Source: Schizochytrium sp. TIO01 (lineage: Eukaryota > Protista > Bigyra: Labyrinthulomycetes). Taken from it: 64,000 nucleotides of DNA. The stretch spans positions 5,184,436 through 5,248,435 of the forward strand of contig SMSO01000031.1 of NCBI GenBank assembly GCA_004764695.1. Direction: 5' to 3'. This document shows, piece by piece, positions 1 through 11,600 of the stretch (position 1 is the stretch's first letter; each line of letters opens with the position of its first letter). The notes beneath the pieces were generated by a model. The model ran no database searches. It was not told the origin of the DNA and saw only the letters and a list, made by a program, of their open reading frames with translations. Made by a program: the position numbers and the translations under genes.

Positions 1-2652
1 AAATGTTAATTCTATAAACATATATGTATTTGCATGTGCCACTTCTGTTGCTACAGCTTAGGCAGCGAGCGATGAATAGTTTGTTAGTTACCCACGGACT
101 CCAGGCGGCTCAGGAACGAGCAAGAGGCAGCGCCAGGTCCAGCGCTCGACGCAGTGACCCTTGCACGCATGCGCTGACCAGGCCGCCTCTGCCGACCGAG
201 GCTTCAGCGCCGCTCTCGCCGCACCGCGAGTGCGCTGGCGGAGTGCCCACACTAGAGGCGCTTGCACTCCGGAGTGCGACGATGGATGGATGATTGACGA
301 AAGTAACTCACTGCGCAGCACTCAGCCGTGGCGGTCCTTCGTGCGTGCGTGAGAAGCCACTCGGCTCCACGGACCCCCGCGCAGACGTCCAGAGGCGCTG
401 GCAGAGCGGAGGCGGGCGTGGCCAGCTTGGACTCTTCGGCTGCTCGTGTCGAGGTCGCTCATTCATTGGCGCTCCCAGAACAAGAGAGAGGCAAGCAACT
501 AACTTCTACTGAGATCGACGTGAGCAATCGCACGCTGGGCAGTGCGACTCGCCCGCTCTCTCGCTCGCTCCCTTCATCACCTGCAATGAAGGCCAGAGCT
601 GCGCAGAAGAGAGGCCTCGACTCAGAGAGTGCGTGCAATCAATCATTCATTCATTCATTCGCCGTCGCAGTTTTTCGCTGTATAATTTTCTTTGCATCGC
701 AAAAAGGGTTGCTCCATATTGGCCCTGGAGCAGTAGTCACTTAGTTACGACTCGGTTGCTGGGGCAAAGAACCTGGGAAGCGAAATCGCAGAGAGGACCG
801 ACCTTCCTTCCTTCGTGAGATGCGGATGGAGAGGAGCAGAGGCTGTGGCGGAGGCACTGCTCGCGCGAGACGACGCCGCCTCGCCACGTACTTTGCCAAA
901 GCAGAGCAGCGACGGCGTTGAACTCTTTTTATGAACTCTCTTGTTCTCTCTCTCTTGAGAGTCTTCGTTTCTTCTTATTAATTATCTATGTATCTTCCGG
1001 CGTCTGTGTTTTGTGTTCGTAGCTTCTGGTACTTTTTCTTTTTCCCTTCTTCTCAGACAGGTCTCTTGAATTAATACAATATCTGGAGGAGTCATTTTTT
1101 AATCAATCCTTTGTAGCCTTGATTTTTTTTTTTTTAAATCAATATATCGACCACTTTTTTCTTCTTTCTTTTTACGTATGTTAAATTAATTTGCGAAAAT
1201 TGTATCCCCTCTCTTTAAAATAAAATTAAATGAAACAAAAATAAACATTCAACTCAAAAGTGAAAACTTGATTTAGATTTAAAGAAAGTGAAGAAGCTAT
1301 TTCATAAAACTTTTCGTGCTTTTGAAGTGAGAAAAAAAAAGTGTTATTGTCAACAAAATACTTAACAATTCTATTGAAAGTCGCACTTTCTCGCCCCAAC
1401 TCTCGTGTTATTAATCAACGATACAAGAAACAATGAAAAAAAAAAGGACCTTTTGAATGCGCGTTCTCAGACTCCCCAATTTCTTTCTGCTGCCGTCGAA
1501 GCGATATCACTTTCTTCTTTTATGGTCACACGCTCTTCTTCTCTCGCTCTCTTTTCTTTTGCTTTCTCTCTTTCTTTTCCTTCCACCTTTGCGCGCTGGT
1601 TTTTTTCTTCCTTCACCTTCTTTCTTTCTTTCCTTTTCTTTCCTTTTCTTTCTTTCTTTTCTTTTCTTTGAGATCATTTCTAATATGCTCCTGCTTCCTC
1701 TTCTTCTTGCTTTAACGCATTCACTTTTCTATTACTTTAAAAACATTCTTTTTCGTCAGGTGATGTTGAGTGATTCATTCGAAGAAACTTTTATTTTATT
1801 TATTCACTTTTTTAAACATACTTTTTAAATGAAATACAAATAATAACATATAAACCTCACTGTTGATGTTCAATTTAAACATAATTATCACCTTCCCTGC
1901 TAGCTCGCTAGACATTTCGTTAGTTAGCTTTAAAAGTTTTTTAGTTAGTTGGGAAGTTGAGCATAGAGTTCGTGGGTAGAAAAAGAGCAGAACAGCAAGC
2001 AAGCAAAAGCAGTACGGGAACGAGGCGGCGACTGAGTCGGCGGCGCATTCATTCCTTCATCGCTTGCCAGCTTAGCTTGCCTGCGCCCCCCCCCCCCTCT
2101 CAGCTGTCGCACGGCTTGCGCGCAGTGCAGATCTCATAGCTGCGCTGATCTCCTGCCTCTTCGGCTGTTGGACGTTCGTTCGCCACAGCTAAATTGCTTT
2201 CTTGTTCATTGAGTCGAGTCATTCACTCACGAGAAGCAAACCAATAATAACAGCGCCAGCAGCAGCAGCAGAAGCAGAAGCAGAAGCAGCAACAGAAGTA
2301 ATATCTGAAGAAGCGACGCTCGACGCTCGAGAAGGCAGTGGACCAGTAGACTCGCTGTCGAAGAGGTCGACGCGGTGGTGTTGGCTACAAGGAAAGCACC
2401 GACGAACAAAGCTGGCAGCGACGCCACGCTCGCGACTACTTGGCTCAGGAACAGTAGCAGTAGAGGCAGCAGCAGCAGCAGCAGAAGCAGAAGCAAGAGC
2501 TGAGAAACTCCACAGGTGTAGAATACGCCAAGCGTCAAGGACCTGCTTCAGAGGATCGAGGGCCTGCACGTGTTGCGCGAGATAATCGCTTGTGGCATTT
2601 AGCTGGTTCTTCTCTCTTGGGCAAGAGGGGAGAAATTCACAATTTCGATTGA

Positions 2653-3993
2653 TTGATGACACGGCTTACCCTGTCGCATCAGCAGCTAGAAACTCTCAAA
2701 ATCAAGGCCACCAGCAACGGTATGGTCAAGAAAGAAATGGGATCACCGTCCTGCAGTGAAGACGAAGAAAACGCCGCCGCACTCTTGTCCAAACGCATGC
2801 AACTCCCACCTGTCGGAGCCCACCGTAGTGATTGTACAGACGTGTCCACACAGGCTTCCAACCCCCAACAGAACCAGAAGCAGAAGCCCCAGCAGCAACT
2901 GCAACAACAGCAGCAGCAACAACAACACAACATGTCCATGCCCATCCAAATGCAGATGAAGATGCAAATGCAGCAACAGCAGCAAACCACTCCGCTCTCC
3001 CCCGGCAAGCGCAAGCTGCCCGAAAGCGACGAGAACAACGCACAAGCATCATCAAATACATCGACGCCCACTGGCACCTCCTCAGACTCCATTGGCGTCG
3101 AAAACAAACAAAAGAAACTACGAGCTACCATGTCTAGCGGATCTGCGTCCAATGCAGCGCTTTCCACAATCAGCGTCGGCAAATGCCCGCCCCGTGACAT
3201 GAAGCGACTCAAACAGCATATTGCCTACAAGGTCACGCGCGTCGCGAAATGGGGCGAGAAGCTTGCAGTCTTCCTCACAAACCCAGAGGACGCCCGAGAC
3301 AGCGGCTTCTACAAACCTCCCGAAGCCTACCGTGACCACATTTTTCACGTCGGCGACATGATCACGCTCGAATCAGTAGGATACTCCCAGAGCCGCAATC
3401 GTGTCGCTCGCAAGATCGGCATTGACACATCAAACTCCGTCTGCATGACCACGTGCGAACGTCGCTACGGCATTGATGGAGGGTGCTGCAGTCGCTCTGT
3501 GGTCTCCGCAGCAGGCGCTGATCAGGACGGAAACGGCCTTGTAAACCCCCAACCTCAAAGTAGATCATCTTCGCCGCAGTCCGTCTCCAGTAATGCGAAT
3601 GCACTCCGCGGAGCTGCAGGTTTGCCAACTCCTATGCATGCGTCTCTTGCACAATTTCAGAATGGTGTCAAGGCAATGCAGTCGCAGCACGCACAGCACC
3701 TCAACAATAACGGCAATGGCAACATGGGTCCCGCAACAGTCTCCTCGGCAGCGTCCCTTGCAGCCAGCAAGGCCGCTTCAATCACAGCCTTTTTGCAGCA
3801 CTTCATGGGGTCGCCAACCTCGCCAACTTCCTCGGTGTCTTCAACACTCACCGCAACCGCACCATCACCTACATCTTCTCCGGTGCCGGCGATTGGTTCT
3901 GCCAATTTTGCGCACGCATTGGGAAACATGCCCCCAAGTGCCATGAATGAGATGCTCCTGGCTAGCATTCTCAACATGCAGCAGCAACAGCAG

Positions 3994-4059
<66 letters not shown>

Positions 4060-4635
4060 GGCGTCCGCTCGGGAGCCAATGTACAGATGAAAGTCGAGCA
4101 ACCCCACCCTCAGCAGCAGCACCTCCAGCTGCCTTCATGGCAGCATAGTTCATTATTAGCACAACAACAACAACAACAATCTCGAGACCAACAGCAGCAG
4201 CAACAACAACAGCGCAGCAACAGCAGCAGCAGCAGCAACTTTCCCCCTCAGCAACAGCTCTTTCAACAGCTGCAGATGCCCTTCAACTTTCCTCAGCTTG
4301 GAGGCATGCTCAATGCGTTCGCACAGCAACAGCAATCTTCACCCTTGACGTCGTCGCTCGGGTCGGCGCAAGTGCCGTCATCGGCAAGTCGCACGTCGCT
4401 CCAGGGGAACAATGGTGAGTCCTCTTCATCTTCGTCCTCCTCAACCTCCTCCACAGCAGCATCATCACAACAGCGACCGCCGCAGCAGCAGCAGCAGCAA
4501 CAACAACAACCATCTCTTGAGAGTCTTTTGGCACTCAGCCAGCTCAACAACTTGCAACAGCAACAACAGCAGCAGCAACGGGAATCGCTGCTCCAGTTGC
4601 TCGCGCAGCATAGCAAAAACGGTTCATCTTACTGA
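2653..4635 (+). CDS. Glutamine/serine-rich protein (~640-660 aa) with one ~100-aa ordered domain; possible transcriptional regulator
   Basis: Long ORF with several CAG/CAA polyQ tracts, basic NLS-like motifs (PGKRK, KQKKLR) and one complex segment (KCPPRD...GGCC). The ORF track starts at a non-ATG codon; the true start may be ATG 2722 (MVKKE) after an AG near 2682. Confidence 0.75.
3979..4059 (+). repeat. CAG/CAA trinucleotide tract encoding about 27 Q
   Basis: Directly visible; further polyQ tracts occur elsewhere in the same ORF. Confidence 0.95.
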
Positions 4636-5099
4636 TGAGGAGTCAGTCTGATGAACACAACCCACACCACACTTGGACAGATTATCTTTGATTCACCCTT
4701 TGCACATCATCTTTATATCATCGTCTTATTATTATCAACCCACCATCAATATCATCTTCATTCTTTTTTATAATCCTCCTCAAAACCTCTCGCGAACCCC
4801 GCTCCTCCACACCCGCCCCTCGAGGACAGGTGCCTTGCCTGTCCAAGCAAGCAAGCGTGTCTCATCTTCGCTCCCTCCCAAGCTTCGTCTCGCTCGTCCG
4901 ACTGACGTAACGGACCAACCCCACAGAAACGAAGCGGACTTCGTAGCACTCCGCTACAACGAAGCGTAGGAGTTCTACTAGTACGAGCTCAGCTACGAGT
5001 CCTAGCGTTAACGCTGGCTAGCCGGCCCTAGCCGAAGTAGGCCCGTGTGTTCTTTAAGTGTTACGTATGTACGTACGTACGTATTCCTTGTTTCGTTCA

Positions 5100-5326
5100 C
5101 CATCAATCAAACAATCAATCGACCAATCGATCAATCGATCAATCAATCAATCAATCAATCATTCAATCAATGCACGTGAGAGACCCCGCTCCCTCGCGGA
5201 GCGAGGCCTCGGGCCGAGGTGGAATGGCCCTGCGAGAGAACGCAAGGGGCGGCGCGAGAGGAAGAAGACCGGCGTCGTCAGATGCGAAGTGAGGCTCTTT
5301 GTTTGTGGCATCGTGAGTGCTGGCTG

Positions 5327-5364
<38 letters not shown>

Positions 5365-5495
5365 TCACTAAGGAGACAGATAACGAACTAAGCAACTAAG
5401 AATAAAGGAACTAAGGAAGTAAGAATAAAGGAAGTAAGAATAAAGGAACGAAGGAATGAAGGAATGAAGGAATGAAGGAATTAAGGAATTAAGGA
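5100..5495. repeat. Microsatellite cluster: (TCAA)n, (GAA)n, (AAGGAAT)n-like
   Basis: Directly visible simple repeats. Confidence 0.9.
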
Positions 5496-7487
5496 AGGGG
5501 CTTTTAGGGCCAGGGAGGACCTTATGCACTGCTAGGCAGGCAGGTAAGTACGGGCGAATGAGAGTGCGAAGTTTGGACATTAGGTTTATGTGGGCAGGAC
5601 TCACGAAGCGTGAATGGATGAATTGTTTGAGGAGTGATCAATGTGAATGAATGTACAGAGAGCTTGGTTGCTGATACGCACTGCTTGAAGAGCGCAGGGC
5701 AAAGGCACGGAGGAGAAGCGAATGAGATCTTGATTCACTTGGGGGGCTTGGAGTGCGTGCATACTGGGGAAGAAATGACGTAAATGGTGGATTTGATTGA
5801 CGGAGTGGTTCTGTTTGATTAGGTTTTTATATTAGTTGTTTAGGCTTGTTGTTCTTTAAGGGTTTTCAGGTTTCTTTTTTTTAATATATATAACTCGTCA
5901 GGGTCGTGGAAAAAGTAACCGGGTTCTGAAGGGCTCTTTAAGTTTGGGTTGGATGAAGTGCATTGGAAAGGAGCTGGGAGGCCAAAGTAGTCGTGGGTTT
6001 AGCACCGTTGTTTGGATTTCATTCCGCTTTCGCGAGGATTACTCTACTCTGAAAGTAGCGCTAACACCGAATTAGCTGTAGCGACAGCTACCAGCTGGCT
6101 AGCCAGGCTACAGGACATTCTTTTTAATTCTTTATAGATAAACTTTTGTCTTGGGTAGGGAGGATGACGTGATTGATTGATACATCCATATATGGAGTAG
6201 CAGAGCTAAGTACGATCATTTGCGCTTTTTATTTAGAGATACGTGAAGTGGGGGGAAACCTCTTTGAAAGAAATAGGTAATGCAGGTATTCAATCTACCT
6301 CTAGCTAGGTAGGTAGGTACGTACTACCTACGTCAGCCATTGAAGAGGAGGTTCAGGTTCACGGCTCTGTTATTCGTTTTTTTATATAATACGATTTTGT
6401 CCGATTTGCTGTTTTTGATATGATCAAATGGAAGTGGAATGACTTTCATGACTGTGCGGATAAGTGAGAGGTGAGTATTACGCATAGCAACCACGGCCAT
6501 AGTAGGTGTGTCTTGTTGCTCGAGGGGAGCAAGGAGCTAAGCTGGCTCAGCCCACCGTCATTGATAAAGTTTCTGAAGGACTTTCTTCTCGCACAACACT
6601 TCCTAAAAAGTTCTTCACTCCTTTCTCTCTCCCTGTTTCTTTCTTTCTCTGCTCTATTATTCCGAAATCAATCAATCGTTCCTCGAGGATAGTTTAATAA
6701 GTTTTTTTAACTTAGTGATACTTAATTACTTTCCAACTCTCGCAAGCGGTCAAGAGCCCACATCCATACTTATTAACTTCTTGAAAATAGTTTTTGAAAT
6801 CTTTTGTGAATTTTTCAAGCAGGTAGGTAGGTAGGTAAGTAGACCTTGTGTTTTAAAATTAAAGTATTGTCATGGCCATTTTATCGTCATACCTGTTTAG
6901 GTTTCTTTTTCTTTTCATATCGTTTTATGAGATAAAAGTGCGTCAGCAATACGCGGTTTCGGATGACTAGGAGAACCACGTTCTTTGCGAAACTAAGAGT
7001 TCGATGGAGTGACAAAACGTGCTAATTCAGCCACAACGCGTGCACAAAGTAATAATGATCGGAAGCAGATATAATGAAGCTGTTCATTTCTTTCTTTTTT
7101 AGAATAGTTTTATTTTTTGCAACACTGCCGTTATCTCTCTACGACGTAAAATTGCGCGTCTCCACCGGGAATTAACAACTTAAATTTCCAAAAAAAACAA
7201 TGTGGAAAAAGCAACGGTAGTTTTCAAGGTCAGATTCGGGCTTGCACAAAGCAGGAGGAACCTTATGCACTCGTACATTCACGGTAAAGGACTTAGAGGT
7301 GAGAACTATTAGGGTAAGAACCCCAGACTCAGCTGATTTGTTTCTATGAGTATTAGACGAGACGTCCATGGCACAAACGCGCTGATTCCAAGAACTCGTC
7401 GTCGTTGAGTCCACTGTATTCTTGGCTTGCTCTTTTGTTTATTTCTGCTTTTTTCTTTAATGTTACAGGCCTCTGTAAACTTACAAA

Positions 7488-7520
<33 letters not shown>

Positions 7521-8613
7521 TTTCTTTTTTCAATAGAAGACCCATTATGGACTTAGAGGAACGAAACTAATGACTCGTTTTACAGGGACAAAAGCTTTTG
7601 ATACTGTTTTTTAATCAACACATTCAAAAGGGAAAGAGACTTCCATTTTGGTCATTCCGGGTCCACACAATTTGGAGGTACTGTACTACCTGTCTACTAA
7701 ATATTACGTACCGCGTCCATGAGTGATTCTTGAGTTTTTACCCCAAGTTGTTCTACCTGATAAATAACCAATTATTTCGGGATGAATATAGAAAATACCT
7801 TATGTTTCTCGGCTTTCTGTCACTTTACTTTTTTCCTCATCCTACTTAAGCGACAATGATTGATTAATAAATTAATTGCCTCTGCCTAATGAGAGGGCGT
7901 ACTCAAAGACCAATATTACAAGGTACTAGTGTCGGAGGCTTGAGGAATCGTTTTACTCCAGTTCCAATTCAGATTTCAACAGCAACTACAAACTACAGGG
8001 AACAAGAAAAACGGTAGGTAAGAAGGTCGGTCCTAGGTAGGCAATCAGTTTAAAGCTTTTAGCTAGGATAATAATTCAAGCGAAAATGACGAATTGCCTA
8101 CTCAGTATTCTCTGACTCGTCAGACTGAGTGAAGGATTTTCGTATCCTTACGTATGGCCGGTTTTGCAAAAAAAAACACCTCAGCAGTTAGTGGCTAATC
8201 CTTTCATCTCTTTTGCTTCGGGTAAAAGCAACGCCTTAGCGAAAGCAGATATAGAGGGATTCGCTTCTACTTGAGTTTCATTTATCCAAGTGAATAAAGC
8301 TGTATACAAGTGTAGCCTCTGCTTTGTGAGCGTGAATTTGACGATTGGCTGAACAAAATGAGACTTCATTTATAGTTAGTTTTGTGCAGGGCAGGCACAC
8401 GACTCTAAACGTCAGACATTCGTAAGACTAAACCGATAAGCATAATCATGTTTGAACGAAAGGCTATTTTTCAAAGGAAATAGAATTGGTAAAATTTGAC
8501 AGACATCAATTATGTATGTATTATATGGGCCAGGACTAAAAGGCCAAAATGCATGGTTTTGTGCAGCGCAAGACAAAAGCGCAAAGACAGGTTTAGTTTG
8601 AAGGAGAGTGTAT

Positions 8614-11600
8614 TTACTTGTTCTTGAGGGACTCAGAACGCAAGGTACCATCCTTGAGGTGCCAGAGCTCGTTGGCCACAGCATCGACAAATCCTTGGTG
8701 ATGGCTAATAAGCACCACAGAGCCACGGAAGGTCTTCAATGCGTAAGTCAAGGCAGCAACGGTATCCTGATCCAAGTAGTTAGTCGGCTCATCAAGAATG
8801 ATCATGTGCGGGCATGTCCACATGGCGGCAGCAAGCACAAGACGAGCACGCTGACCACCAGACATCCAACGAACCTTACGCTGAGCAATATCAGCATCAA
8901 TACCGAACTCAGCCAAGTGCTTGATGAACTCAGGGGTAGTGGTGGGGCGAATATCAGCACCAGAAGCAGCAAACTTGAGCTCCTCATCAAAGAGGCGGAC
9001 CATCTTCATGATGTACGGGCGATCCTTGGAAAGACGCTCGAGCTCCTCAAGAGAGCGAATATCACGGTTGGCTCCCTTCTCAGCACGACCGTTCTTGCGA
9101 ACCTCGTAGAAGAGCTTCTTGGAGCGGACAACACGGGAAATGATCTCAGCAAACTCACCAGTTCGCTCCATCATAGCCTTGTCCTCCTCGGTCAGCTTTA
9201 CAGTGATCATCTTGGAGGCCTCCTTATCACGACCCTCGAAGAAACGATCCTGAATGTATTGGCAAGGGGTAGACTCCAAGTGACCCTCCAAGTGGTGGAG
9301 GGAGTGCTGGCTAATGTATGCAGTACGCAAGTTGTGGTGCTTCCAGAACTTGCCACTGTGGCCTTCGTTCTCGTCAAGAATGAGCTCACCGACGAGAAGC
9401 TTGAGCAAAGTACTCTTACCAGCACCGTTGGCACCAAGAATAGCCACACGACTGTTCAAGGTCAACTTCACAGTGACATCAGAGAAGATCATGCGTTCCG
9501 TACCAGGGTAACGGTATGAGACGTGATCGAGCTGAACGATGGGCTTACCACGGTGAGTGACACCCTCGAGCTTGGAGCCCTCAGGGAAGCGGATGGGCTT
9601 GATACCGGAGGTGAGGGCAGCCGCACTCTCGTCAGTGGCAGCCTTGGCCATGAGCTCAATGGCGGAGAGGCCCTTGTTGCCACCCTCTTCGCCTTCGCCG
9701 CCGCTCTCCTTCTTGTTGTCGTCCTTCTTGGGCAGAGCAGCCACAATTTCGGGGCGCTCCTGCTGGAAGCGAGAGAAGCCAAAGGGGTAGTAGGCGAGCT
9801 TCTGGTCTGCAAGGTGGATAATATCAGTGGCGACGTAGTCCACAAAGTCGTAGTCGTGGGAAACAAGGACAATGGTGGTCTTGTCGAGGCCAGCGAGGTA
9901 CTTCTGGAGCCAGTCCAAGGCGGCGGCATCCAAGTGGTTGGTAGGCTCATCCAAAAGAAGGAGATCCGGCATGTAAAGCATAGAACGAGCAATAGCCAGA
10001 CGCATCTTCCAACCACCAGAGAGAGCAGACACCTGCTGGGCCAAGAGGGCATCGGTGAAACCAACCTCACGGAGCACTCTGTCCATGTTCTCGAGACTCA
10101 AATCGTAAAGCTCCTCGAACTTCTTGCCACCCTTCCGCTTCTTCGTCTTGTTGCTAGAGACCTGCTCCTTAACGTCGTGCTGCATGTAATCAAGCACATT
10201 AAGGGCTTGCTCGTCCTCAACAATCTCGTGCTCAACAAAGTACACGGTGATGTCATCAGGGAAGCCATCAATATCGCGTGCCGCCACGCGAGTAAGGAGA
10301 GTAGACTTACCAGTACCGTTGAGACCCACGACGGAGTAGCGGTGACCACGCTCCAAGAAAAGTCCAGCACGCTTGAGCAGCACGCGGGAGGCAAATGCAA
10401 GAATGATACTCGGAATAAAGACAATGTAATCCTTCTCGGCCTCGGCAAGAGCTCCCTGATCATCATGAGCCTGCTTGCCCTGAGCAACCCAGAGGGCGTC
10501 AATGATGGCAACGGCGGAACCTTCAAGAAGGTCATCCTTGTTGGCAAGACCGTTGCTGAGGAAGGGCTCGACACCCTCAGCGACCTGGTCACGAGCCTTC
10601 TTGAGCACAAGCTTACGCGGCATGTCCTGGTCGACATCCTCCAGAAGATCGAACATAAGCATTCTGCAGGTGCTGAGCACGTACTCAAAGGCAACGTGTC
10701 CGAGAGTGGACTCGAGTCCAAGCTCACGAAGCTTAGATGCAAGAACCTCACCAGCCTGAGCATCACCAACATCAGCAGGGTCTGCACCAGAGCCGCCGAC
10801 ACCAACGGCAGCGACGGCAGCAGCAGCGGCAGCGGAAGCTCCGCCGTTTCCGCTGTTCTGCGAGCTGCGACGACGAGTCATGCTGAGATCCTCCTGAAGC
10901 GAGTTCTTTGCACGGAGTGCCATCTCGCGCACGCGGGGGCGGGAGTGGTCAGTGAGTTTCTTGAGCTCAGGCATGAGCAGCGTGTAGTAAGGGCGCATAT
11001 CGTGCACATCTGCAACGAGGGAGCAGACGTTTCCAGCGGTAATGGAACCCTTGAGTTTCATCTCTGCGGTACCATCGCGGAGACCACGGAGTACGACGGG
11101 GATGATGAATGCAAGACTCTGGGCATCAACGGAGTTGACAAAGGTGGTGTCCATAAGCTCATCGAGGCAAGGATCGACCTTTTGTTCAGGGTCCTTAAGA
11201 GCCTCAAGGATCCACGGCATGAGCTTGATAGTCTCAGCGTTAGTCACGAGCTCACCAAGGTTGTCGAGAGCCTCACTGGCGGCGTCGCTGACCTGTTTCT
11301 TGGTGTCACGGTTGCACTCCATGACGGCAGGAATAAGAATTGGCAACTCACGGAAGAGCTGAGACATGTGGCGCTTTCCGAGGGCTCCCACGCACTGCAG
11401 TGAGAGAGCCTTGATGCGCCATGATCCGCTCTCAAGACCGTCCATAAAAACCGGCACACTGAGACGCACTCCGCGCGGTCCCATCTTGTCTACAACCTGC
11501 AAGATCGTCTTCTTTGTCGCAGATCTGCTGCTCGAAGCGGTGTTATCGTACACATTGAACAGAGCCTTTTGCAGAAAATCAACGGGCATAAGGTACGGCA

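Noticed and set aside
2202-2662. Ala/Leu-rich ORFs upstream of the polyQ gene
   Set aside because: Produced by (GCA)n/(GCAGAA)n repeats, likely in the 5' UTR; no in-frame join found.
8608-11403. Long plus-strand ORFs (303 and 626 aa) antisense to the eEF3-like gene
   Set aside because: Mirror-frame shadows of a strongly codon-biased gene; no recognisable motifs.
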